Shown: positions 10,996 to 21,775 of the stretch, piece by piece
Numbering within the stretch: the stretch's first letter is position 1
Layout: every line of letters begins with the position of its first letter
Source of the DNA: Macrostomum lignano
Lineage: Eukaryota
Assembly (NCBI GenBank): GCA_002269645.1
Contig: NIVC01002445.1
Span: 1-64,000, forward strand
Length of the DNA stretch: 64,000 nt
Direction of reading: 5' to 3'
Notes under the pieces: generated by a model
Seen by the model: only the letters and a program-made list of their open reading frames with translations
What the model was told of the DNA's origin: nothing
Database searches by the model: none
Position numbers and translations under genes: made by a program

Positions 10996-13900
10996 ATGAT
11001 CAGCAACCAGGGAATCCATTGCCTGCAGATTAATCTGCAGCACTGCGTCGCAGCCTCGGTCAACCTTATGCGTTACGCCGAGCTCGACAAGCCGGGGCTC
11101 ATCCTCGTCCAGGAACCCTGGACTCTCAGAGGTAAGCCTCAAAACGCCCCTGCTGGCTACAATTGTTTTTATACTTACCCTCGCGAGGCCAACCAGCCTC
11201 CCAGAGCTTGCATCTTTGCGAGCAAAACGCTCAGTGCGTGGCTCAGATCGGACCTGTCCAACAGGGACATCTGCGTCATCCAATCCGAGGACCTTCTTCC
11301 TGGGAAGACCACCCTCATTGCCTCGGTTTACCTACCAGGCGATGCTGCGGTCGTCCCCAGAGCCCTCGCTACGCTGGTAGAGCTCTGCTCTGCCAAAAAC
11401 TACGAGCTCATGGTTGCCGGCGACATCAACGCCCACCACACTCACTGGGGCAGCACTGGCATTAATCAGAGAGGCGAAGACCTCCTAGCCTACGTTGCCT
11501 CTACGACCCTCGAGTTCTGCAACTCTGGGTCCACCCCTACCTTTGACAACGGACGGTGGTCGGAGGTGATCGACGCTACGCTCGCAACGCCCAGACTCTA
11601 CCAGAGTATTGGGGCGTGGCGGGTGCTTCCAGTGTCCTCACTATCGGATCACAAGTTCATCTCCTTCAACCTAATGGCCGCGCGTAGCGCAACTCGTGTT
11701 ATGTGGAGACGGAACGCCAGAAATACTGATTGGGAAACCTTCGGGCTCGCCCTGAAGGAATTCCATCGGTCTCCTGGCCAACCATCACGATCACGTCGTG
11801 CCGAGAGGCGGATGAGTGCGCGACTGTTTTGACAGAGACGCTAACCGCCGCCTTTGAGGCGTCCTGCCCTTTAAAAGCCTATAAAGGGAAAAAATCGGCG
11901 CCGTGGTGGAATCCCGAGCTCGGCAACCTCCGTCGCAGGGCTAAGAGACTCCACCGCAGAGCAACTAAAACTAAGAGCCCTGCAGACCAAACCGCCTATC
12001 ATGAAGCAATTCATGAGTTTAAAAGGCAGGTTAGGAATGCAAAGGCTCAAAAATGGCGACAATACTGTGAGGAGCTAGAGGGCTCACGCCCCACCTCCAG
12101 AGTTGTGAAAGCGCTCACGCTGGACAAAATGTCTAAGCTCTCCTCGGTCAAACGCACCGACGGTACGTCCACGGACAACCCAGGGGAAACGCTTGATGTA
12201 ATGCTCACTGCGTTTTTCCCTAACGAGCCAGCTAACCAGACCACTCCGGATCACTCGGAGGGAGGTCACGCGCTGGCTGCATCTATCATCACGGAGGACC
12301 GCATTGTGAGAGCGGCAAATTCCTTCAAGCCTTTCAAAGCCCCAGGACCCGACGGCATTGTACCGGCCCTTCTAAGAGAGGCGGTTAAATGCCCAGGCTT
12401 CCTGCGCAAACTTTGCAGCCTTCTTCGGGCATGCATCACGCTTGGTTATGTCCCGCAGGCATGGACCGAGGCAAAGGTGATCTTTATCCCTAAGCCAGGC
12501 CGCCCGGACTACCATTCTATCAAATCCTTCAGACCGATCAGCTTGACCTCCTCCCTGGTCAAGCTGATGGAGAGACTGGTGCTTTGGCGCCTTCTCTCTG
12601 TTGAGCTGAAGAACAAACCTCTCAGCGAGAACCAGCACGCTTTTCGGGCGGGTCGCTCCACTGAAAGCGCGCTGCACGTCCTGGTCGATAAACTCGAGAA
12701 GGCCGTGCTTGGTAGTGGCTTTGCTCTGGGGATCTTCCTGGACATCATTGGCGCCTTCGATAACGTCCTCTTTGAGGCGTTCCGAAGAGCTCTTTGTGAG
12801 AGGCTAACGCACTCACATCTCACCAGATGGATCATGTACATGATCAGCCATCGCACGGCCACCGCCAGTCTGCTGGGCTACCAGAGGACGGTCCCCGTCT
12901 GCAAAGGTAGCCCGCAAGGTGGGGTGCTGTCTCCAGTTCTCTGGAATATGGTCATCGATGAGCTCCTCCGGGATGTTCGGCCTGACCCCATTCTGAAAGT
13001 TGGATATGCGGACGATGTCACCGCGGTGGCATCTGGTCCGTCCCCTGATACCCTCAGGGACCTTCTTCAGAACTTCATCTACGCTGCTGAGCAATGGGCG
13101 GACCGCTGTGGTTTAAGGCTCTCTGAGACTAAGACCGCAGCGATCATGTTCACCAGCAGGACCAAGTGGCAGATTCGGCCGCTCACGCTTTACGGAAGGG
13201 AAATCCCCTTCTGCAAGCAGACTAAATGTCTGGGTATTACCCTGGACCACAGGCTGAACTGGTCTCCCCACGTTCAAACAAAAGCCAAAAAGGCCTTCGC
13301 AGTCCTCGCGCAATTGCGCAGGGCCGTCGGCACCACCTGGGGGCTCACCCCAAGCGCCTCTGGTGGATCTACACTGCAATGGTTAGGCCCGCTATCTCGT
13401 ATGGCGGCCTGATCTGGGCTAGCGCCCTGCAGATAAAGACCTGTCTAGAGGCTCTCAGGAGAGCGCAAGGGCGCGCTTGTCGCACGATCATGAGCGCCCC
13501 TCCGTCTGCTCCTTACGATGGCCTCAACGCCTTCCTCAACATTCCTCCGCTGGACATCTTTGTCCGCAGGGAAGCGGCTAAGACTGCCCGCCGTCTAGCT
13601 GACGCTGGCATTCGAATCCAGCCCCATAGGGCCATGGCTAAGCGCAAGCTTCTGCCCCACGCTGACCTCTGCCTCAAGGACTTGAGAGACAGCGGCGGGC
13701 TCCACGTCCTATCTGACGGCGAACCCCGCACTCTCAACCTCTTTCAGCGCTACAAGGTCACCATCCCCTCTAGGGATGCTGCCAATGACCACTGGAATTT
13801 CCAGGAGGTCCATTGCTACACGGACGGATCCATCAAAGACGGTCGCGCCGGCTTTGGGGTCTGCATCATCATCAACGGCCGCGTAATTGCCACGCATGCC

Positions 13901-14698
13901 CAGCACACTGGTAGACTCTCCACAGTCTTCCAGAACGAAGTCCTTGCCATCAGCTCTTGCGCTGCAGAGCTAAACGCCAAGGTTACGAGAGGAAAGACTA
14001 TTGTCATCCACTCCGACAGCCAAGCGGCCTTACAGGCCCTTTGCCACACCACAACGAACTCCCGGACAGTCGCCGACTGCGCCCGGCAGCTCAACCTCCT
14101 GGCCAGAAGCAATACTGTCAGGCTGAAGTGGATCCCAGGGCACGCAGGGTTTCCGGGGAACGAGCTGGCAGACACCCTCGCCAAGAGGGGCGGCTCTGGC
14201 TCTTTTTTCGGCCCTGCCCCCCTGGTCCCTATGCCCTTGACAGTCATCAATCGTCAGATCGACGACTGGGCTGACTCCCTCCACAGGGACAGATGGGCGG
14301 GCACCCAAAACTGCCGGCAATCTCGTGCCGCGGTTCCTTGCCCGTCTCACAGGCTCAGAAACATCCTTCTGAACCAGAATCGGAAGGATATTCGAGCCCT
14401 TGTCATGACCCTTACCGGCCATGGCTACCTCGCCAGGCACTGCTTCCTCCGAGGCGACCTCGAGAGCGAAATTTGCCCCTTTTGCGAGTGCGACAATGAA
14501 GATGCTCAGCACTTTGTCTGTCACTGCCCTTTCTTTAACAGAGACCGGCTACGCTACCTCGGGCCGAACCCGTCCATTGACGAGGTTTGCCAGCCCGACA
14601 GCATCCCACGGCTCATCCAGTTCCTTCGGGCGACTAGACGAGCCAGTTTCTTCCCAACGGAAGATCACGCTGCAGGACGGACCGGCGGACCACCCTGA
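10996..14698 (+). CDS. LINE-A ORF2: APE endonuclease, RT, RNase H, CCHC finger; two -1 frame breaks
   Basis: INLQHC, LVQEPW, GDINAHH, SDH (APE). KAPGPDG, FRPISL, FLDIIGAFD, PQGGVLSP, YADD (RT). YTDGS, SDSQAA, WIPGH..GNE.AD (RNase H). CPFC..EDAQHFVCHC. Confidence 0.92.
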
Positions 14699-15189
14699 CC
14701 GGCCCCACGCCTCTGCCTGTCTGCGGGCCTTCAGGGGCTAGCGGAATGGGCGACCCTCGCCTCCCCGCTGTGTCTACGGACCACCCTGCAGCTAAGTCAA
14801 GTAAGTCAAGATCTTCCTGAGCATCTCGCAGCAGAATGGGATGATCCGGAGCCAGAAGTAGTTAATTACAACGCCAATCAACGGGAACAGCAAAGACAAA
14901 GGAGAGGCCATCAACTTCGAGACCAAATCAGCAATGCAATGTAATTTATTTATTGATTAACACAAAGTATGACAACGTTATGCGAAATTAAGAAAAACCT
15001 AGGGAACCCATTTTGACCATGTGCAATTGCTAACCTGAACCATCTAATCATTTAATAGTAAATAGTTACCGTTTTAACAGTTATTCACTGTAACAGCTTC
15101 AGTTTTTGCAGTGAAATATTGTCAGTAACTCATACGCGACTGCTTTTATCCGAGCTAAAAATAAACCGAGTACTCAAAAAAGACCAAAA

Positions 15190-15896
15190 AACTTTTGCTC
15201 GGAGTCTTTTGTCTTGTCCTTGGCACATCGTAACAGATCTCGAATCTCCTTCAAAACGTCGATCTTCTCCCGTTCTAGGGCTAGCTTCTCTTCCTTGAGT
15301 TTTAGCTTCTTATGCTCAAACTCGATGAGCTCGTCAGAAAAGTTTTTTTCTTAGACTTTCTTCTTTCGCTGATGGCTGACTTCGCCCGAAGCCAGTGATT
15401 GTCGAGACGGATTCACAGGGACAGCATTGTCTGACTCCGATTGAGTGGTAGAGCCGCTAATTTGCAACGTCGATTGATCTTGTTGACTAGCGTTCGCGGA
15501 TGCCCCAGATAGTGCCTGTGTCCTGGATGCATCAAAATGTTCCTTTTCAGTCAGGCCAACGCTCAATCCAAATGACAAGGTGTTAGGCGCGGGTTGTCCC
15601 CACCAATTACCTCCAACACCTTGAAGTCATTAGAGGACATTTTTTGGAGCTGGCCCGCCTCCAGTCTTCTTCGTAGTTTTTTCCTTAACTGGTTGCAAGA
15701 TGTTTTTCCATTTTTTCTTCACCTGGTCGACCGTGTAATTGGTCTTGAAGTGGTCGTTTACTTGAGATGTTACGCCTTCCCAAGCGTTTGCCCTTCTTCG
15801 CCTGAATGCAGGCGTTTGGCCCTTCGACAAAATTGAAGCCGAATGTCTTTGTAGAATGTCAAGAAGAACTGTTTCGTAGTCTGTTGTCGCTGACAT
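15190..15896 (-). pseudogene. Harbinger Myb/SANT-like DNA-binding protein, frameshifted
   Basis: AWEGVTSQVN..YTVDQVKKKWKNI...KKTGGGP, followed after a frameshift by a Ser-rich linker and the coiled coil EHKKLKLKEEKLALEREKIDVL. Confidence 0.85.
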
Positions 15897-16298
15897 TTCA
15901 GAAGTATACGCAAATGCACAGAGAACCAGTATAGGAACGGTTAAGTTAGCGACCCAGTATTTAAACAGAAAGCATTTACAGGGGTTTGGGCCATAGAACT
16001 AAAAAAATCATTAAAACTAGGCGCTAAAGTTGGGCGCTCTGTCTAGCTTAGACTAGTCTAGCCTAGACGAATCTCGATAGTCGCGACTAGCTTTTGTGCA
16101 TACCGATTTTAAGACCATAGACAGAACTACCCAGTCCGGACTAGCTAGTCTGGACTAAGCTTTCTGCATACGGCCCAATGTCGATGTGGGCCATAGACTA
16201 AAATTTATTTAAATTTCATTGTAGAAAGTGGGGGCTACGCCCCCACACCCCCATTCTCACTCTCCCCCCTCCTCGACTCCTTCCGGCGCCAACTAATG

Positions 16299-16790
16299 CC
16301 ATAGACGAAAGCGCATACTTTCGCTGACATTAGCATGCACGTCGGTTGCGAACTAATGTCACTTTTGACATTAACACGCAGATAAAGAAACATGAAAAAA
16401 CTGTTTATTTATACTTAGAAAACTAACACGTTGGACACTGATTGAATATTATTGGTCATTTAAAACCAGGCCATAGTACACAGTGTTTTCATCCAAACAT
16501 TAACATCGATTAGAATGCTACTACGCTCGCACCGTCAATGCTCACTCTCATCTTCTTTGATGGGACAGCCTGAACACGCAATATGCTGTCGATCATGACA
16601 GACTCTTGACAGACACTGACAGACTGTGACAGTGTCGCCTCGCTACTTGAAATCTGACGATCCGGCTCAACAGTCCCACCAGATGCGGAGGCATCGCGAT
16701 TCAGCGCCTTTTCCGCGGCCAGGGACGCTCTCTATACACAAACTCCGGTCACGCCTCGACAGAAAGCGCTTGACAGGTTGATAGTTCAAT
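16299..16790 (-). mobile_element. 3' fragment of a second, diverged Crypton-like element
   Basis: Same end architecture as 6789-6871 (CCATAGAC plus three 14-bp arms). Coding similarity: VKRFLSRRDRSL..RASLAAEKALN versus VKCYLSRRRDRSLYRASLAVDQALN. Confidence 0.65.
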
Positions 16791-18217
16791 TTAACTCATT
16801 TGTTAAACTCTCGAAATTCTCGATTGTCAGTGCTGGCATCGTTAATGAAAATCTTCGCTTCCGTTAATGGTAAAAGCTTTGTAGTGCTTGAGACTACAGA
16901 GACTACTGTAGTGCTTGAGTGCTGGAGAAACTATATGCGAGTTGCAACCACGAGCACAACAACACCTCGAGTTTAAAATTGAGCTGCTCGTATTTTTCTG
17001 TCTCTAATATTACTGATACACAATGTTTGAACATATCTACTCTTACATAAAATCCGATTGGTCATTTAATTGACGTTTAATGGGCGCGTTCGCAGCAAGG
17101 AATCAGTAGTCTATGGTACAAATACGCTCGTACTTCTATACCGAGACCAATAAATCATTTAATGGTCTTCAAACGGAGCCCATTAAATGATTTAATGGTC
17201 TCAGAAAGACTAGTTCTACCATACGAGCGTAGATTAATAAACAATTAATGTGTATCTGATGTCGCAAATAGAAAACGAGAAAAAATAGAATACGAATAAT
17301 GCATAACTCATGCTTCTTCTCAATAGTTTTCCATGCTAGCTTCAAAAAGGCTGCACGCACCCAACAGGATTTCCTTTTTATAGGACCGTCAATGACGATA
17401 GACTTCACTCCGTGTGCATTAGAGGACTCACAAGACTCATCAGAAGCGACAAGCTCACCGATGGGACCGTTGCTCGGGTTTGCTTCTGGAACAGAGATGC
17501 CTTGTAAAGCACTGGACACAATCCTAGCCACCTTAGCAGAGGGACCGATGATTCTCAGACATCCTGTGCCCCAAGTCGGTCGAATCAAGCAACTCACCCA
17601 CACGGCTTGTCGAAGGTAAAGATTAACGCACCGCATCAGCTGCAGGTGGATTCTCAAATGTGTTGAAGAAATCAGAGAATTCGACGTCTTCCTCAGCGCC
17701 AGCCATAGCAAATTTAACAGCACGAATCCTCGGTAAAGTAGTTAGACTGATTTTGTCGCACTCGCTTCTTTCCTCTTTAGAACTTCTTTCACTTGCTGAC
17801 TGTCTTAAGAAAATTCCTACTAAAGTATTGTCTATGGCCCGGGAGAAATATTTAAGACTGTGTGAGAATTATAAAATGTTTTGAGAAATTCTACATATAA
17901 GTTTGTCACCCCTAAAACAACAGTCTGCAGGATTTTTTTAAAATAAATACTCCTAAAGACGCGAGATTGTGTACTTGTAGTAGCGAATACAGCATACACA
18001 TCTTATTTTTTAACTTCAGAATTACGAAAGTATGCGCTTCGTCACAGGTTGTTGCTCAACCTTTTAAAAAATATGATTTAAAAATATCTTTCGAGATTGG
18101 CAACGCTTAAAATACAGTGATGCTTTCCAAACGGATTTCGCAAAATTTGATCACCATGGTTTCACCATAGACAAATTCGGTCGATTTCTCAGGGACCGAT
18201 TTCATGAAGCACTGGTA

Positions 18218-19979
18218 AGCTAGTATTGGTTTTGTCAGCCTAACTGAGAATAAAGCCATCCAAAGTGAGAATCCTGCCTACGCTGACTGCGAAGGGCCTG
18301 GCTGCGTGCAGCCTTAGTCTATGGGCCATAGACTATAAAGGATAAGCAAAGTGATAAAAGCCATCCAATGTGAGAATCGATTGGTCTATGCGTCGTATTC
18401 TTTTATTTTTATACCTTCTGAGCCATATGACTAGCCAATAGCTTGAACGGAATAACGGAAACAGGAACACACTGGATGATACAGTACAGTAAAGTAAAGA
18501 GTTAAAATAGCCGTCCCTCAATGCACTGCCCAAAGAGTCGTCTGCAATGCAGGTCCCACGCGGCAGCCTTCCCAGCAGTGACTGTGTCGTCAATCGCTTC
18601 GCGCGCCTCCCTCTCTAACAGCATGAATCGCCACTCCTCTTGGTTGACGCCATCTGGAGCAACGGCCTCCTCGTTGACTAGTCCAGCGTCTGCCAGGCGG
18701 CTTTTGATCCGTGCCTTCAGCGCACTGTTGGCCAGTTCCGATGGGTTGAGGAAGGGTGAGTATGGCGGCAGGATGCGAATCGAGATCTTCTCTTGTAGTT
18801 GCTCCGGCACCCTGGCTCCCCTGTGGAAGTGCGGGCCGTCCATCACAACCAGCCAGCTTCCATCGGCATCGAGCTCATTGCATCGCTCTGCCAAGAAGTT
18901 GATGAACTCCTGGAAGCGAACCAGCGTCTGACCACCCCGCTGCACGGTCGAGTGCACCAGGCCAAACTCTGCGCAGATAGCCATGCAGACGGTCACGTTT
19001 GGGCCTCTTTGTGTCGTCACAGTCCGCTTAACAGGGCGACCCCTGATAGCACGGCCTTGCGATCGCCGTAGCCACAAGTTTAATCCAGTTTCGTCCAAAT
19101 AGACGATGTGTACGGAGGCGTCAAGGTGCAGCATGAAGTTGGCATATTCTCTCCGGGCCTCGATGTTTTCAGGCAGATTGCAGCTCGCTCTGGTGTCACT
19201 GCCCTTCGTTCCGAGCTTCAGGGTGTATAGCATCCCTTGGAGCATCCGATCGACCGTCTTGTACCCCACTTGAGGCTTCTCCGGAAACTGTGCAGCCATG
19301 CAGTTGGCCATCTCTTTTAACGTTAGGAAGGGGTTCTCTTGCAGCTTCTGGTTCAGAAATTGCCGCATTTCATCATCAACTTTAAGAAGTCGTTGACCAC
19401 CGCGAGGAAGCGCATTAGTTCTTCCTTCTAGGCGATGCTGACGGGCAATTCTATAGGCAGTTGAGACAGGCAGTTGCAGGACGGCTGCTGCTTCCCTTAG
19501 TGAGCTTCCATTTTCAATGGCCGCAATGAGTCGCTGGCGGTCCACAGATGAGGCGGGCATTTTTATTGCAGTGGTGAAGACTGAACTCTGTTAATTCTAA
19601 GTGTTGGATAAATAGGCAAGAAAGCAACGAGACTGTGGGTGATGGAGAAGCAGTGATGGAGGAGTTGCGCTTGGATGAGTGGAGAGAGCTGGGGGAAAGA
19701 GAAAAAGCGATCGATTCTCACATTGGATGCCTTTTTAAAACTTTGCTTGTCCTTTATAGTCTATGGCTCATAGACTAGGCTGGACGCAGCTAGGCCCTTC
19801 GTATTCAGCGTAGGCAGGACTCTCACATTGGATGGCTTTTTATCACTTTGCTTATCCTTTATAGTCTATGGCCCATATACTAAGGCTGCACGCAGCCAGG
19901 CCCTTCGCAGTCAGCGTAGGCAGGATTCTCACTTTGGATGGCTTTATTCTCAGTTAGGCTGACAAAACCAATAGCAGCT
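18218..19979 (-). mobile_element. IS630/Tc1-like DNA transposon with long composite inverted repeats
   Basis: Inverted arms at ~18218-18385 and ~19710-19979, built from a ~105-bp unit (about 1.5 copies left, 2.5 right), flank an intact transposase. The exact termini and a TA TSD are ambiguous. Confidence 0.8.
18502..19560 (-). CDS. IS630/Tc1-like transposase, 352 aa, intact
   Basis: N-terminal HTH (SLREAAAVLQLPVSTAYRI), then VYLDETG, VVMDGPHFH and LPPYSPFLNPSE. D-to-E spacing is 33 by manual count. Confidence 0.95.
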   Translation of the reverse strand: MPASSVDRQRLIAAIENGSSLREAAAVLQLPVSTAYRIARQHRLEGRTNALPRGGQRLLKVDDEMRQFLNQKLQENPFLTLKEMANCMAAQFPEKPQVGYKTVDRMLQGMLYTLKLGTKGSDTRASCNLPENIEARREYANFMLHLDASVHIVYLDETGLNLWLRRSQGRAIRGRPVKRTVTTQRGPNVTVCMAICAEFGLVHSTVQRGGQTLVRFQEFINFLAERCNELDADGSWLVVMDGPHFHRGARVPEQLQEKISIRILPPYSPFLNPSELANSALKARIKSRLADAGLVNEEAVAPDGVNQEEWRFMLLEREAREAIDDTVTAGKAAAWDLHCRRLFGQCIEGRLF

Positions 19980-20289
19980 ACATTGACCGCGGATATTTAA
20001 CAGTCTGCTAAAATTTGGTTATATAAAAAACAGATGAATATCCGCTGTTAAATTTCCGCAGCTGCTACTCTGCTAAGCAGTAGTCTCAAGATGTGCCAAA
20101 GACAATTTTTTTGGAATGAAAAGAGAGGTCGTAGACCGAAATAGTGCTTTGTATACACAACTACGAGTATATTCTAGTGATAGATTTGTTGTTACAAAGT
20201 TTCTACTGCCAAGCAGAAGCTTTTGTTTTTGATATAGTATGGCTAGCGAATCCCAGTAGCTAGCGACTTGTCTATGTGCCAATCTGCAG

Positions 20290-21590
20290 TTTCGCCCCCG
20301 CGTCTCTGCTTGTCCTCTGTTTATCGTTGATGCTGACCTGCTTCTCCGCAAGTCTAGTCTTAACGGTACGGAGTCTTTTTTGCAGCGACTCTGGATTTTC
20401 GGTAAAGACCAGGACGTCGTATTGATAGATAAGAACACTTTTTAAGCCTGACAGAATGTTCTCCATTGTCGGCTGGAAAATGAATGAGGCATTTGTCTTT
20501 TAACGCGGAATAGGCATTTTGACGTTGTAATGACCGACAAATTTTGGGCCGCTTCGTCCAATCCAATCAGCCAGTAAGCGGATCGCAGGTCAACACTGGC
20601 GAACCTCTTCGCATTATTGAGCTTTGCAAGTAAGCATTCCACGCTAAGAATTGGATAATCCTCAGACCGGATTTGGCATTCACATGCACACTGTAGTCAG
20701 CACACATCCTCAAAGTGCCATCTTTCTTTTTCACCCAAACCACTAGGGAAGAGTTACTCACCGGGCCGTCAACTGGCTCGATCACGCCCAGCTTCTGCAA
20801 CCTGTCCAGCTCAGCGTTGACAGCATGCTCGAGAGCTATTGCTACAGGACTGGCGCCCTTGATGAGCATCATCTTAGCCTTGACGCCCTTCATTATCGGT
20901 AGAGTCTTCACTGGTGGCCTGGCTGCGGCTCTGGCTGGGGTCACATTAAAGAGCTGGTCAGATTCCAGCAGGTCCCTACCCAGAAGTCCAAACGACTTTG
21001 ACGCACGTACAAAAGTCAGGTCTGCGGGCTGCAGTCAACCACAAAACTCAATGACGGTGGAGCGCGTACCTAACACCTTCAGCTGGTGGCCATCATAGGC
21101 GAAAAGGTGGCGGTGGAACAACTTAAGCGCCGGACGCTTGAGCGAGTCCCAAATGCTTGTCAAGATGATGCTGACGGATGCACCGGTTTCCAGCTGCATC
21201 GGCACGAAAACCCCGCCAATGGAAATTTTTTCCAGACCTGGTCTCTATCGAGTTGATTGCATCTGCGTCAGATCGATGTAGAATATCGGTGCTCTTGTCG
21301 TTGCTTGGTCTCCCAGTGGTGTCGGACCATGTCCCTTCCACATTGTGCACGGGCTTTGATCGGGTGGAACGACATACGAAAGCGAAATGGTCGAGCTTGC
21401 TAGATTTGCAGCACCGCTGTTGGAAGGCCGGGAATTTTCCAGCGGCGTGGGTCTTTCTACAGTAGCGACAATAGTGATGCGAGCTTTAGTGCTTGTGGTC
21501 ACCGTGGTGGATTTCAGCATGCGACTCGCAAGCACCGCTTGAAGTGGTCGTAGACAGGCTGCCTGCGGACTTTACGACTGAAGCCTGACC
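20290..21590 (-). pseudogene. Degenerate Ty3/gypsy gag-protease-RT fragment
   Basis: Zn knuckle HYCRYCRKTH..PA..C.K..HF; protease MQLETGASVSII; RT AELDRLQKLGVIEPV..KKKDGTLRMCADY, FASVDLRSAY, MENILSGL. Confidence 0.85.
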
Positions 21591-21775
21591 TGCAACGAAG
21601 TCCTTTACTTGTCCGATTTGGCTTGTCAGGTCAACAATATCCACAGTACTGAGTTATTTTGCCTGCATCGCTTCGAGCACTCTCTGTTGCCTTCGTGGGC
21701 AAATGAAGCTGCATGTAAGTGAATAAAAAGAATGTTAGCAACAGTTCGATTACAGTTTCAGCAAAACGCCAGCAA

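Larger units (their letters stand above)
9062..14809 (+). mobile_element. Non-LTR retrotransposon, LOA-like clade (LINE-A), apparently full length
   Basis: 9-bp TSD GATCTTCCT at 9053-61 and 14810-18. About 470 bp of 5'UTR, then ORF1 and ORF2 (APE-RT-RNase H-Zn finger), ending in a (TAAGTCAAG)2 tail. Confidence 0.93.
8133..14944 (+). pseudogene. Harbinger (HARBI1-like) DDE transposase, coding 8133-9061 plus 14819-14944; has stops and a frameshift
   Basis: LSYLGTGSFQ, VIGAIDWTHV, FINRKNYHSINVQAVCD, WPGSVHDSRIF, LVGDS.Y, RTRVRIEQIFGILKRRF, CCKLHNF. The frame continues (DDLP|EHLAAEW...NAM*) after the LINE is removed. Confidence 0.92.
7872..16176 (+). mobile_element. PIF/Harbinger DNA transposon (Harbinger-1) with a nested LINE
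   Basis: TIRs GAGCCGTATGCAGAAAGCT (7872-) and AGCTTTCTGCATACGGCCC (-16176). 3-bp TSD AAT at 7869-71 and 16177-79. AGTCTRGACT-type subterminal repeats. Transposase and Myb/SANT genes are convergent. Confidence 0.92.
6789..16198 (-). mobile_element. Crypton-like tyrosine-recombinase element (internally deleted), interrupted by Harbinger-1
   Basis: CCATAGAC direct repeats at 6789-6796 and 16191-16198. 14-bp arms (consensus TGCGTGTTAATGTC) at 6817-30, 6838-51 and 6858-71, plus one arm split across 7861-71 and 16180-82. Recombinase remnant inside. Confidence 0.65.

Noticed and set aside
14740-14800. HDV-like ribozyme in the LINE 3'UTRs (TCC[C/T]CGC loop, GG, GCTAAG resemble HDV L3, P1.1 and J4/2)
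   Set aside because: No P2 helix within the element and P1/P4 fail in LINE-A. The nested multibranch fold explains the covariation better.
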